A DNA stretch of 64,000 nucleotides from Parcubacteria group bacterium GW2011_GWA2_42_14 (lineage in GTDB: Bacteria > Patescibacteriota > Minisyncoccia > Sungbacterales > GWA2-42-14): positions 85,681-149,680 of the forward strand of contig LCCV01000004.1 of the NCBI GenBank assembly GCA_000998135.1, read 5' to 3'. How positions within the stretch are numbered: position 1 is the stretch's first letter; each line of letters begins with the position of its first letter. Shown here piece after piece: positions 17,743 through 27,473 of the stretch. The notes under the pieces are model-generated. The model was not told the DNA's origin. It ran no database searches and saw nothing but the letters and a program-made list of their open reading frames with translations. The position numbers and the translations under genes were made by a program.

Positions 17743-18732
17743 ATGTTCATAGATGATCTTACAATTAAGGTGGGGGCGGGAAACGGCGGAAAGGGCGCTG
17801 TCGCGTTTAATAAAAACCTTAACCAATATGGCCCGACAGGCGGTTCCGGCGGCATGGGCGGAAGCGTTTTTGTCGAAGGTTCGTCTAACATGGGGATTCT
17901 TAGTAAATATCGTTATAAAAAAGATTTTTTTGCGGACGACGGGAAAGACGGCAGAGGACAATTTTGCGACGGGTCTGATGCGAAAGATCTTGTATTGCTT
18001 ATCCCAGTCGGAACGGTTGTTCATAACATTACAATGGGGACCAATCAGGAGGTCATATTGATCGGCCAGCGTATTTTGGTGGCGTCGGGCGGCTCCGGCG
18101 GCAAGGGTAATTTTCACTTTCGGTCTTCCATAAATACGCGGCCAAAACAATTTAAGTATGGAGAGACCGGCGAAAAGTTTATTATCCAGCTTGAATTAAA
18201 ATTAATGGCCGATGTGGGAATAATCGGTCTGCCTAATGTCGGTAAATCAAGCTTGCTTAACGAGTTGACCTCGGCAAAAAGCAGGGTGGGCAATTTTCCT
18301 TTCACGACGCTTGAACCGAATTTGGGAGTTTATTTTGAAATGATCCTTGCCGATATTCCCGGTTTAATAGAAGGTGCTTCCGGCGGAAAAGGGCTTGGGA
18401 TAAAGTTTTTACGCCATATTGAACGGACCGGAGTTCTTTTTCACATTATATCCGCGGAATCGCCAAACTCGTACGTTGATTACAAAGTTATACGGCGCGA
18501 GCTCGGAATATATAACCCTGCTCTGCTTAAGAAAAAAGAGCATGTGTTTTTAAGCAAGAGCGATATGGTTTCTTCTGCGGACCTTAAAAAGAAAATTCTT
18601 TTGTTGAAAAATAAAGGCATTCGCGCGCTGGCCTTTTCAATACACGATTTTAATTCCATAGAAAAAATAAAAAAAATCCTTAATACGCTGATAAAAAAGA
18701 AGTATCAAAAAAAAGCGGGTAAACCCCGTTAG
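17743..18732 (+). CDS. obgE: GTPase Obg/CgtA
   Basis: MFID..I...AGNGGKG, Gly-rich Obg fold, GLPNVGKSS, FTTLEPNLG, DIPGLIEGA. The stop codon comes from the adjacent palindromic element. Confidence 0.95.
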   Translation: MFIDDLTIKVGAGNGGKGAVAFNKNLNQYGPTGGSGGMGGSVFVEGSSNMGILSKYRYKKDFFADDGKDGRGQFCDGSDAKDLVLLIPVGTVVHNITMGTNQEVILIGQRILVASGGSGGKGNFHFRSSINTRPKQFKYGETGEKFIIQLELKLMADVGIIGLPNVGKSSLLNELTSAKSRVGNFPFTTLEPNLGVYFEMILADIPGLIEGASGGKGLGIKFLRHIERTGVLFHIISAESPNSYVDYKVIRRELGIYNPALLKKKEHVFLSKSDMVSSADLKKKILLLKNKGIRALAFSIHDFNSIEKIKKILNTLIKKKYQKKAGKPR

Positions 18733-18826
18733 AACGCTTGCTTCGCGGCCGGCTGATGGGTGCCCTTAACTCTTTCAGCTATTTCTTTATTTATTACCGG
18801 CAGGAGTCGGTAACGTTCTAACGGGG
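18724..18826. repeat. CCCCGTTAGA...TCTAACGGGG palindromic element overlapping the obg stop
   Basis: CCCCGTTAGAACG...CGTTCTAACGGGG. Confidence 0.88.
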
Positions 18827-18843
18827 TAAAAAGAAAAATAACC

Positions 18844-19437
18844 ATGTCAGAAAAAGGAGTTATTATTAGATTTGACGGCGTATCATTTGATTATGGCGTC
18901 AAGAGGCCGGATATTCCATAGGGTCAGTTTTGCGTTGCGTCAGGGCTTAAAATTGGCGCTCATGGGTCAAAACGGAACGGAATCGGCAAATCAACGCTTC
19001 TTGAATCAATCGCCAGGAAAGAATCGAGGGGCGTTACTATTGCTCCGGAAGTTCGTATTGGGTATTATAGCCAGAATTTTTCAATGCTAAATTTTGATGA
19101 AACTCTGTATCTGGCCCTTGTTTCGGCTATGGTTGAGTTTGACGAATAGCGCCTTCGCTCGGTTGCCGCCGGGTTTTTGCTTTCTCATGATATTTTATAT
19201 ACAAAAATAGGCAGTTTGTCAGAAGGACAGAAAGGACTTGTTTCCTTTGCGAGACTTGTTTTGCAAAAACCGGGGCTTCTTCTTTTGGACGAGCCGACCA
19301 ATCACATTAATTTTCGTCATATACCGGTCATTGCCGAAGCTTTAAATAAGTATGAGGGTGCTTTGATTTTGATAAGTCATGTTCCTGGTTTTGTGCGCAA
19401 AATCCGTATTGATACAGTGCTTGATCTCAGTATATAG
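18844..19437 (+). pseudogene. ABC-F ATPase pseudogene
   Basis: MSEKGVIIRFDGVSFDYG start, ALMGQNG.GKSTLL, IGYYSQNF, LSEGQKG...LLLDEPTNHI; frameshifts, an internal stop and a large deletion. Confidence 0.85.
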
Positions 19438-19640
19438 CGTTAATATTCTAATGCGTCTTTAAAATACATAAAGGGACCGTTGTCGAATAGTCTTTTCCAT
19501 TTTTGTCATTCTGACCCTTAGCAATGCGAAGGGGAAGAATCTTAATGTTTTTGATGTTTTCGAATAGCCGAGATTCTTCACATTCGTTCAGTTTGGTCGG
19601 TTTTTTGTTTATAGTTGCTTTATCGTGTAACGTATATTTT

Positions 19641-21365
19641 ATGACTCAAGAAGAAGCGCTCACAATTCTTAAAACCGGCGCGAATGTTTTTTTAACCGGG
19701 GAGCCGGGAAGCGGGAAAACGCATGCTATCAACAGATACGTTGAATATTTGCGCGAACACAATATTGAGCCGGCAATTACCGCTTCAACCGGCATTGCCG
19801 CGACGCATATCGGCGGATTTACGATTCATTCGTGGAGCGGCATTGGCATCCGGAAAAATCTTTCAACGTATGACCTTGACATGATTGCCTCGAACGAACG
19901 CGTCGCAAGGCGAGTCGGGAGAGCAAGCATACTTATCATTGATGAGGTATCTATGCTTTCTTCCGAAACATTTTCTATGGCGGAGGCCGTCTGCCGCGAG
20001 ATTCGGCGAAACGCAAAGCCCTTCGGCGGACTGCAGGTTGTTCTCGTTGGTGATTTTTTCCAGTTGCCGCCGATTGTTGCTGCTACGCGTGATGAGGGTA
20101 GCGTGGCACGACTTGGTTTTGGCGAAGGGGGAGCGAGCACGGCGACAGCACCCTTTGCTTTCCGTTCGCGCGCGTGGAAAGCATTGAATCCGCTTGTTTG
20201 CTATCTCTCGGAACAATATCGACAGGATGATACGGCGTTTCTGAACCTGCTTCAAGCAGTGCGTTCCAGCAAAGTTGATGAAGGGATACATACCATCCTT
20301 GCTCTAAGGCGTATTGGTGAAAAGCAGGCGTCTCGCGATTTGCCGCGGCTTTTTAGTCATAATGCTGATGTGGACCGCTTGAATGAAGAGCGGCTGAAAA
20401 CCGTTAACGGCATAGCGCGGCAATTTAAAATGACCTCACGGGGGTCCGAGGCGCTCGTTCAAGCCCTGAAACGCGGTTGTCTTTCTCCGGAAGTACTCTC
20501 GCTCAAAACAAAAGCGCGCGTTATGTTTACAAAAAATAAACCCGATGGGAGTTTTATTAATGGCACTCTTGGCGAAGTAGAAGGATTTGCCGATGACGGA
20601 GCGCCCATTGTACGCACTCATGGCGGCCGGCGAATTTATACGGAACCGATGGAATGGACTATCACTGATGGCGCGCGCGTATTAGCCAAGATATCGCAAA
20701 TTCCTTTACGCCTTGCTTGGGCAATCACCGTGCATAAGAGTCAGGGAATGACGCTTGATGCCGCGGTTATGGATCTTTCGGACGCATTTGAGTACGGGCA
20801 GGGATATGTAGCGCTTTCCAGGGTGCGTTCTCTTTCCGGTTTGCATCTTCTGGGGTTCAATGGTCGCGCGCTTGAAGTGCATCCGGAGGTTTTGGCAAAA
20901 GACGCCGAATTCATGGAGTTGTCAGATTGTTTGCGCAAAGAATTGCGCGCTATGGATTCGGCAAAAATTGAAAAACTTCACAGAGATTTCATAAGCGCTT
21001 GCGGCGGGACTTTTGTTTCCGAACGCCATGCGCCAGCGGAAAAGAAAAACAGTTCCACTTATATTTTAACCAAAGAACTTATAAGCCGGCAACTTTCGCT
21101 TGAGCAAATGGCGCTGGAGCGGGGATTAACCGCCGGTACTATAGTAAGCCACTTGGAAAAGCTTGTTTTAGAAAAAAGGATTGAACCAAACCGCGATCTC
21201 GGGCACCTCAAGCCGGAACAAAAGCGATTTGAAAAAATAAGTAAAGCGTTTGTGGTAACGCTTAAAAAAGAAGGTAAAATGCTCCTTGCTCCGATACGCG
21301 GGATGCTCGGCAAAGATTTCAGTTTTGAGGAACTCCGTTTAGCGAGGATGTTTTTACAGAAGTAG
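19641..21365 (+). CDS. PIF1-like SF1B helicase with C-terminal HTH domain
   Basis: TGEPGSGKT, TASTGIAATHIGG, IIDEVSM, GDFFQLPP, QIPLRLAWAITVHKSQGMT, YVALSR; C-terminal ERGLTAGTIVSHL. Confidence 0.93.
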   Translation: MTQEEALTILKTGANVFLTGEPGSGKTHAINRYVEYLREHNIEPAITASTGIAATHIGGFTIHSWSGIGIRKNLSTYDLDMIASNERVARRVGRASILIIDEVSMLSSETFSMAEAVCREIRRNAKPFGGLQVVLVGDFFQLPPIVAATRDEGSVARLGFGEGGASTATAPFAFRSRAWKALNPLVCYLSEQYRQDDTAFLNLLQAVRSSKVDEGIHTILALRRIGEKQASRDLPRLFSHNADVDRLNEERLKTVNGIARQFKMTSRGSEALVQALKRGCLSPEVLSLKTKARVMFTKNKPDGSFINGTLGEVEGFADDGAPIVRTHGGRRIYTEPMEWTITDGARVLAKISQIPLRLAWAITVHKSQGMTLDAAVMDLSDAFEYGQGYVALSRVRSLSGLHLLGFNGRALEVHPEVLAKDAEFMELSDCLRKELRAMDSAKIEKLHRDFISACGGTFVSERHAPAEKKNSSTYILTKELISRQLSLEQMALERGLTAGTIVSHLEKLVLEKRIEPNRDLGHLKPEQKRFEKISKAFVVTLKKEGKMLLAPIRGMLGKDFSFEELRLARMFLQK

Positions 21366-21454
21366 AAGCTGTCTTAGAAATCAATTATGCCATTGAACAA
21401 TTCTATAGAATTGTCCGGTTGGGTGTGATATGATTGGCTGTTTTTTTTAGAAAA

Positions 21455-21492
21455 TTCTTATTCTAATATTCTTGAGAATATTAGAATAAGAA
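21455..21492. repeat. Long AT-rich palindrome
   Basis: TTCTTATTCTAATATTCTTGAGAATATTAGAATAAGAA. Confidence 0.7.
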
Positions 21493-21542
21493 AAATGGGC
21501 AGAAAGTTATTTCTTAAATTTCGTTAAAGCCGCATATCAATT

Positions 21543-22382
21543 GTGATTAATAATAATACTAAAGATAAAAACAAATCTCTGCGCCTTGCCGCGGAGAATT
21601 CAACCACGCGGAAGAATTTAAACGGTCTTGTGATAAAACCCGGCGGCAGAACTGCGTTGTATTCAAGGCGCGGGGTTTTAGTGTGCGTGCTTAAAAATAA
21701 ACGCGACCTTGATGTGCTTATGGCCGAAAAATGGTATAGGATTCCAGCGGCATATATGCCGGGGCATAAGTTCAAATATCTTGCTTTTTATCAGCCGGTT
21801 TCATTTGGTCGGCGAGGAAAGCGGATTTTATATTATGCCGAGGTCCTGAATTGCCGGATTGCCAAAAGAAAAAATCTTTTGCCGAAAGAGGCAAGGCATC
21901 CGAGAGCAGAAAATTTTTATCTCAAGATTCGCATAGGTAAAATTAAAAAATTGCCCGAGCAAATCAGAAATGTTATGCCGCGCCGCATCTCTTTTGGATT
22001 TACCACCCTGGAGCATTTATTAAAATCAAAAAATATTTTAGAGCTTTATAATATTGCGGAAACGGAAAAGATTATGGAAAAAGGATTAAGGATGGCAAGA
22101 ATAAAGTCGGTATCCCAATATAATGTGAAATGCGGCAACAAGCGTTTCCGTCTTGATTTTGCGGTATTTTGCAAAAAAGGAGCGATTGCCGTTGAATGCG
22201 ATAACAAAAAGGCGCATTCCGGCAAAGCGCGTGTCAAGAAAGATAAAATAAAAAATGCCCTTCTTAAGCAATGCGGCTGGACAATTATGCGCTTTTCCGA
22301 ATCAAAAATAGTTTCTGATTTAGACGGCTGTATTTTGCAAGTTAAAAAAGCAGTAGGGAAACTCGGAGGATTTACGCCTTAA
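21543..22382 (+). CDS. DUF559 (Vsr-like) endonuclease with N-terminal WYRIP domain (start uncertain)
   Basis: C-terminal QY...FRLDFAV...AVECD...H...DKIKNALL...GWTIMRF; N-terminal VLVCVLKNKRDL...WYRIP...YLAFYQP. Confidence 0.85.
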   Translation: MINNNTKDKNKSLRLAAENSTTRKNLNGLVIKPGGRTALYSRRGVLVCVLKNKRDLDVLMAEKWYRIPAAYMPGHKFKYLAFYQPVSFGRRGKRILYYAEVLNCRIAKRKNLLPKEARHPRAENFYLKIRIGKIKKLPEQIRNVMPRRISFGFTTLEHLLKSKNILELYNIAETEKIMEKGLRMARIKSVSQYNVKCGNKRFRLDFAVFCKKGAIAVECDNKKAHSGKARVKKDKIKNALLKQCGWTIMRFSESKIVSDLDGCILQVKKAVGKLGGFTP

Positions 22383-22404
22383 ACGGCAAAAGCATAAGTG
22401 CTTG

Positions 22405-22516
22405 CCCCGTTAGAAGTTTAGCAATACGCCAATTACCGCACCACAATGTGAAGCGAAGCGGCTTTCGCCTTACATCTTTTGGAATAAAATACATCTTATT
22501 TAGATTCCTAACGGGG
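22405..22516. repeat. CCCCGTTAGA...CTAACGGGG element, intergenic copy
   Basis: CCCCGTTAGAAG...TTCCTAACGGGG; the internal CGGCTTTCGCC is the near reverse complement of the GGCGAAGCCG core of the prfB and copA copies. Confidence 0.85.
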
Positions 22517-22646
22517 CTTGTATTGTTATTCATACTATGATAGTATTATATGGATCAATTCATGGGGGCTGTAAGAGAAGCGTAGTCGGGTTTTATTCTG
22601 CAGTATTCCCTTGTTTTGTGGCTTATTGGCTTAAAATTTGAACATT

Positions 22647-22853
22647 ATGCAAGAAGGAACAATTGCTCGGCTTGTTAGCGACCGTGGTTTTGGATTCATT
22701 GCCCGTGCCGGAGGGGAAAAGGATATCTTTTTCCATTCGAACGAGCTTAAGAATGTTGAATACAAAGACCTTAAGGAAGGCGACAAAGTTACTTTTGAAG
22801 TGACCGAAGGCCCCAAGGGGCTTAGTGCTACAAACGTTAACCGAGTGCAGTAA
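22647..22853 (+). CDS. cspA: Cold-shock domain protein
   Basis: RGFGFI, DIFFH, EGDKVTFEV..GPKG..ATNV. Confidence 0.95.
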   Translation: MQEGTIARLVSDRGFGFIARAGGEKDIFFHSNELKNVEYKDLKEGDKVTFEVTEGPKGLSATNVNRVQ

Positions 22854-22855
22854 AA

Positions 22856-22942
22856 ATAAGAAATGCCACGGCATTTCTTGAATTCCGTCGCTCGCCCCAA
22901 ATGAAAACAAGTTTTCATCTGTGAGCTCGCTAGGAAATATAA
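22856..22942 (+). repeat. Structured intergenic repeat, copy 2
   Basis: Homologous to 5391..5486 with covarying stems. Confidence 0.75.
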
Positions 22943-22943
22943 A

Positions 22944-22976
22944 AGCGCTCCGCGATGGCGGGGCGTTTTTATTTTT
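22944..22976 (+). terminator. Intrinsic terminator
   Basis: AGCGCTCCGC-GATG-GCGGGGCGTT followed by a T-tract. Confidence 0.7.
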
Positions 22977-23108
22977 GGATTAGTTTTGGAAACGGAGCGT
23001 TTTTAATTGGCTGGCGCAAATGCTATAATTTATAATGTTTGGGCCGGTTGGTTCGGAGTCGAATTTTGCTAAATTAGGGAAGTCGGACTTCGCTAAATTC
23101 ACTGTTGC

Positions 23109-23837
23109 TTATTCGATGACGATATCACGGATCGTTTCAGTATTGAGTCCTTGTAACCAATCAGTCATATCTTTTTTGTAATCGCTTGTTTTCCGGAGCC
23201 CATAGATTTTAGTAAGAAAATTTCTCTGGGTGATTGATGGAAAATTTTTAATCCCGATATAGTCTTGATAACTTGACCAGCGATATGATTCTAAAAATTG
23301 CAGCGCCTTTCTGACATTTGATATTTTTTTCTCCCGCCATTCTGGAAAAGACGTATCTAGGGGATTGAGATGGATATAGTGGGGGAGATATAACAGGTGT
23401 GCCTGGTTAAAGATATGAACTGCCTTAAATTTTCCCTGAAAGAGGGGGCCTACGCGTTGATACTTTGTGTTAAAATAGTTAGTGTATCCGGTTCCTATTT
23501 TTCGCATGAATTCGGTAATGCCGTTATCAGCTAATTGTCGGATTATGAAGTGATAGTGATTGGGCATGAGGCAAAAACAAAAGATTTCAACCAGCATTTT
23601 TCTCGGCATCTGTAATTTAGCGAAGTCGGACTTCGCTAAATTACCGGCAAATGGCCGTTTTCCATAGGAATCAAAATAATAACCGAGGTTTATGGCCGGA
23701 TTTTCATCATTAAATTCAAACATATCGTGAATAAAGCGGAAGTAATCAGATTGATTAGAAAATATATGGCGTTTTTCAACACCGCGGTTAAAGATGTGGT
23801 AGATTTCTCCTGTTGCAAATTGTGGTCTTTTTGCCAT
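23109..23837 (-). mobile_element. REP-associated tyrosine transposase (RAYT/Y1 HUH)
   Basis: YHIFNRG, FCLMPNHYH (HUH), GPLFQGKFK, YIHLNP, YRWSSY; flanked by GCGAAGTCGGACTTCGC palindromes at ~23071-23100, 23853-23874 and 23876-23900. Confidence 0.92.
23612..23644. repeat. 33-bp REP palindrome in frame inside the RAYT gene
   Basis: GTAATTTAGCGAAGTC-G-GACTTCGCTAAATTAC, read as GNLAKSDFAKLQ. Confidence 0.9.
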
Positions 23838-24066
23838 GTTGTAAATGTATCATTAGTGAAGTCGGACTTCAATAGTTTAGCGAAGTCGGACTTCGCTAAA
23901 AAGTAAATACCATGCATTGATGAGCATGGTATTTCTTGTTTTTCATAAACTCGCAGTATCAGCTCATCAAATTCAGTCATGTGTTTGTTATACGTATGAT
24001 AGTAATTGGTCAGTAATTGGTGTCAGGTACCTTTTCTTTTTCTTAGTCCCATGATATCGTCTTATC

Positions 24067-24788
24067 ATGGGACGAGCACTACGAGTTGATGTAGGAGGTG
24101 AGGTTTATCATGTAATCAATCGAGCCAATGGCCGCTAGACCATCTTTTATAAAAAAGATGATTATTTGCATTTTGAACAACTTCTTACAGAGGCAAAAGA
24201 GCTGAATGGCATGCGCATCCTTGCCTATGTTCTTATGCCGAACCACTGGCATTTATACCATCTCTAACTAACTCATGCTTACCAAGCTACCTAAAAAGCC
24301 AGTTATTGTTTGCCGATTCGGTTGTATAATGAGTAGAGGTTAGTTGTGGATGGTATTAGTACTTTACCCGAGATATGATGGCGACCTGTCCGTTTTCATG
24401 CAGTGCTTACCTTAACTCATACCCAGCAATACTACTCAAGAACAAAAACAATCGGCTACAGCCACCTTTATCAAGGAAGATACAAGTCATTTCTCGTCCA
24501 AAAAGACAATTAACTCTTGCAACTTATTCGCTATGTTGAACATAATCCTTTTCGTGCTAAACTGGTAAAAAAGGCTCAAGAATGGCAATGGGGGAGCGTG
24601 TATCGGCGCATTGTGGTACCCCGCAAGAAAAAGCGTTGTTGAGCGATACCATTATTGAGCTTCCGAACGATTATCTAAAATGGCTGAATGCGCCCGAAGA
24701 TCAAGATACCCTCGCTCGAATCAGGCAATCGGTAGACAAGGGAACGCCATTCGGGGCCATGAAGTGGGTTGATGAAAAAGGTACCTGA
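24067..24788 (+). pseudogene. Second RAYT-like HUH transposase, pseudogene
   Basis: MGRALRVDVGGEVYHVINRANGR*..AYVLMPNHWHL, HLYQGRYKSF, RYVEHNP, WQWGS; stops, frameshifts and a MITE insertion. Flanked by inverted GTAATTGGTGTCAGGTACCTTTT motifs. Confidence 0.88.
24256..24355. mobile_element. 100-bp MITE with TTA target-site duplication
   Basis: TTA[TACCATCTCTAACTAAC...GTTAGTTGTGGATGGTA]TTA splits the coding sequence ...HWHL|VLYP... Confidence 0.82.
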
Positions 24789-24925
24789 CACCAATTACCT
24801 CACCAATTACATTCGGAGCCATGAAGTGGGTTGATGAAAAAGGTACCTGACACCAATTACCAATTACAACTGACACCAATTACAATTACGATGCCGGCTC
24901 TGACACCAATTACATCACCAATTAC
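24748..24925 (+). repeat. Tandem duplication and CACCAATTAC repeat cluster
   Basis: 51-bp near-duplicate at 24748..24798 and 24810..24860, plus further (TGA)CACCAATTAC units. Confidence 0.85.
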
Positions 24926-25107
24926 ATAAAAATTCTGGCCGATGCCGGCTCGCATGTGGCCGAGCATTTTGAATATAAATTCATCGGACCCGCTGAAGGA
25001 AGCGAGCCGGAAGGCAAAATAATAACGGATATAATAAATTTTTTCATAAGACGAAGGCCTAATTAGCGCTCTTGTTTTAAATTTTTAAAGATATTATACT
25101 ATAAGTA

Positions 25108-25551
25108 ATGAATTCGTTTGTTACAATCTTGCTTATTTTGAGCATTATCGGCCTGGCGGCATTCGGTTTTTTCGCGGTTTTATGTGAAAACGGAGCCGGG
25201 CATAACTGTTGTATCGCGGAAATTATCGCCAAAACCGTAACCAGGCAGGCCTGTCCTCAAAATAACGCTTTGGCCTATATTGATTTTCATTTTGGCGCTC
25301 TAAAAAGTCTTTCTACGGCGGTTTTTGACGCACCGTTGTTTTCGTTTTTGGCAATCGTATTACTGGGTTTGATTTCCGTTGTATTATCTTCGCGTATTTT
25401 TGAGCATAAAATAAATTCGCGCTTTTCGCTGTTTTTGTATTATTTGTCACAAGATTCCATGGAGGGCGTTTTTCAATTTAAGAAAAGTTATCTTCGCTGG
25501 TTAGCGCTTAGAGAAAGGCGCGATGCCTGCTTAAATTTTTGGACTGTCTAA
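25108..25551 (+). CDS. Hypothetical membrane protein (His/Cys motif)
   Basis: Two TM segments, GHNCC and ACP motifs; first gene of the metal/redox island. Confidence 0.65.
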   Translation: MNSFVTILLILSIIGLAAFGFFAVLCENGAGHNCCIAEIIAKTVTRQACPQNNALAYIDFHFGALKSLSTAVFDAPLFSFLAIVLLGLISVVLSSRIFEHKINSRFSLFLYYLSQDSMEGVFQFKKSYLRWLALRERRDACLNFWTV

Positions 25552-25649
25552 ATTAGCTTATTTTAAGCTAACCGATTTGGTTCCGGGCAGTCCAAAGATT
25601 TTGGCAGGTTTTTTATTTTTCCAGATTATCAGATGGGACTGTTGCCGAA

Positions 25650-25837
25650 TGTCATCCTGAACACATTCGCTTCGCTCAGTGTAAACTCCGTGAAGGATCT
25701 CGGCCACTCGACAATATCGAAAACATTGAGATTCTTCGCGGATGGATTCGATAAACTCACCACAGGGTTTATCCTGAGATTCTTCCCCTTCGCATGGCTC
25801 AGGGTCAGAATGACAACCGAAGGGCTCAGAATGACAG
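25650..25837. repeat. Nested REP mosaic
   Basis: TGTCATCCTGAAC...GAGATTCTTC...CTCAGAATGACA units with a nested TGGATTCGATAAACTCACCACAGG. Confidence 0.8.
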
Positions 25838-26077
25838 GAATAGAAAAGGGTCATTCGGCAACAGTCCCTAGATTCTAATTCATGATTAAAAATGTTCGCG
25901 CCATAATCAGCATTGCTTGTTTCGCGGTTCTATTATGGGCTGTATTATTTGTTTAACCTCGAAGAAATTTGATTTCAGCGTCAAATCAGCGTATCCATCA
26001 GCGTTTAGTTAGCTTCTAAATTTGCCTAGAAGCAGAAAGTACGCTGATTAGTACGCTGAAAAACGCTGATAGGATTT

Positions 26078-26758
26078 ATGAATAATTATTTAATAAGACA
26101 ATCTAATAATAAACGTATTGCGAAGCGCGTTATTCTTTGGTTATTGGTTGCTGTCGGCATTGGGCTGGCTTCTTTCGGAATGGTTAAGCTTGTTAAAATT
26201 TCACCAACGGCCACTACGGCATCGCTTGTTCTGGCCGTTTCCGACAACGATTGGTTTAAGGGCGCGAAAGACGCCCAAGTCGTTTTGGTGGAATACAGCG
26301 ACTTTCAATGTCCGGCTTGTAAAGCTTATTATCCGTTTCTTAAAAAACTGAATGCCGATTTTGAGGGAAAAATTAAATTTATTTACAGGCATTTTCCTTT
26401 GCCCCAGCATAAAAACGCTAAAATCGCGGCTTTAGTAACGGAGGCCGCCGGCAAGCAGGGAAAATTTTGGGAAATGCATGATTTGATTTTTGAGAATCAG
26501 GATAAATGGTCTGGTGAAAACAATGCCGGAGAAATTTTTGCGCAATACGCCCATTTTCTCGGCCTTGATACGGAAAAATTAGGCCAAGATTTGAATTCTT
26601 CCGAAGTTAAAGAAAAAGTGGAAAATGATTTGCAAAGCGGAATCCAGTCAAAAGTGAATTCCACCCCGACCTTTTTCCTTAACGGCGTTAAATTGCAAAA
26701 TCCAAGAAGTTATGATGAATTTAGAAAAATTATTGAAGAATTCCTCAATGCCTCCTAA
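26078..26758 (+). CDS. DsbA-family thiol-disulfide oxidoreductase
   Basis: EYSDFQCPAC, YRHFPL, QGKFWEMHD, STPTFFLNG; N-terminal TM. Confidence 0.95.
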   Translation: MNNYLIRQSNNKRIAKRVILWLLVAVGIGLASFGMVKLVKISPTATTASLVLAVSDNDWFKGAKDAQVVLVEYSDFQCPACKAYYPFLKKLNADFEGKIKFIYRHFPLPQHKNAKIAALVTEAAGKQGKFWEMHDLIFENQDKWSGENNAGEIFAQYAHFLGLDTEKLGQDLNSSEVKEKVENDLQSGIQSKVNSTPTFFLNGVKLQNPRSYDEFRKIIEEFLNAS

Positions 26759-27176
26759 ATGGCTTATTTATTCTTTGCTATTTTTGAGCTTAATCGGTTT
26801 TCTTGATGCCGATTATATCACCATCAAGCATTATCTCGGAGTTCCTTTGACCTGCTCCATTTTTGAAGGATGCGAAAAAGTAACGACCAGCCAGTACGCG
26901 ACAGTCGGAAATATTCCGGTGGCATTGTTCGGCGCGGTTTATTATCTTTCAATTCTGGTTCTTGTGATTTTATATCTGGACACGGGAAGGGTTGGGGCAA
27001 TTCGTTTGATTTCCCGTTTCAGCGTTGCCGGATTTTTGGCCTCTCTTTGGTTTATTTATCTCCAATTATTTGTGATAGGGGCAATTTGCTTTTATTGCAT
27101 GGTTTCCGCGGTTACTTCCACAAGTATTTTTATTGTCGGCATGCGGCTGATGATAAAAGAGTATAAGAATAATTAA
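26748..27176 (+). CDS. Vitamin K epoxide reductase (VKOR) family protein
   Basis: CSIFEGCEKVTTSQYA, IPVALFG, ICFYC. Confidence 0.93.
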   Translation: MPPKWLIYSLLFLSLIGFLDADYITIKHYLGVPLTCSIFEGCEKVTTSQYATVGNIPVALFGAVYYLSILVLVILYLDTGRVGAIRLISRFSVAGFLASLWFIYLQLFVIGAICFYCMVSAVTSTSIFIVGMRLMIKEYKNN

Positions 27177-27205
27177 GAATCTTTTAATTACAAAATGCTT
27201 TTTTA

Positions 27206-27440
27206 GTCATTGCGAGGAGTCCCGAGCGCGTCGAGGGACGACGAAGCAATCTTAATAGTCATTGTGAGGGAGCGAGACGACCGAAGCAATCCCGAGAATT
27301 ATTTATTTAAGAGATTGCTTCGTGGATGGATTCGATAAACTCACCACAGGGTTTATCCTGAGCGAAGTTGAAGGGCCCGCAATGACAAAAAGAGATTGCT
27401 TCCCGCCATGCTCCTTTCGGTTGCTCGCGGTCGCAATGAC
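27206..27440. repeat. Nested REP mosaic (GTCATTGCGAG...CGCAATGAC family)
   Basis: Two GTCATTG(C/T)GAGG..CGAAGCAATC arms facing GAGATTGCTTC..CGCAATGAC arms; shares GGATGGATTCGATAAACTCACCACAGGGTTTATCCTGAG with ~25740. Confidence 0.8.
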
Positions 27441-27473
27441 AGCGGAATGGCATTTTATAATTCAAGGAAAGCT

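Noticed and set aside
22623-22918. Two 95-aa minus-strand ORFs
   Set aside because: They are shadows of the cold-shock gene.
24748-24925. Possible CRISPR array
   Set aside because: Repeat lengths and spacing are irregular, the intervening sequences duplicate each other, and no cas genes are present; it fits REP-end amplification.
25558-25878. ORFs 25558..25854 (-) and 25633..25878 (+)
   Set aside because: They are translations of the REP mosaic (CHSEP/LRMT-type peptides).
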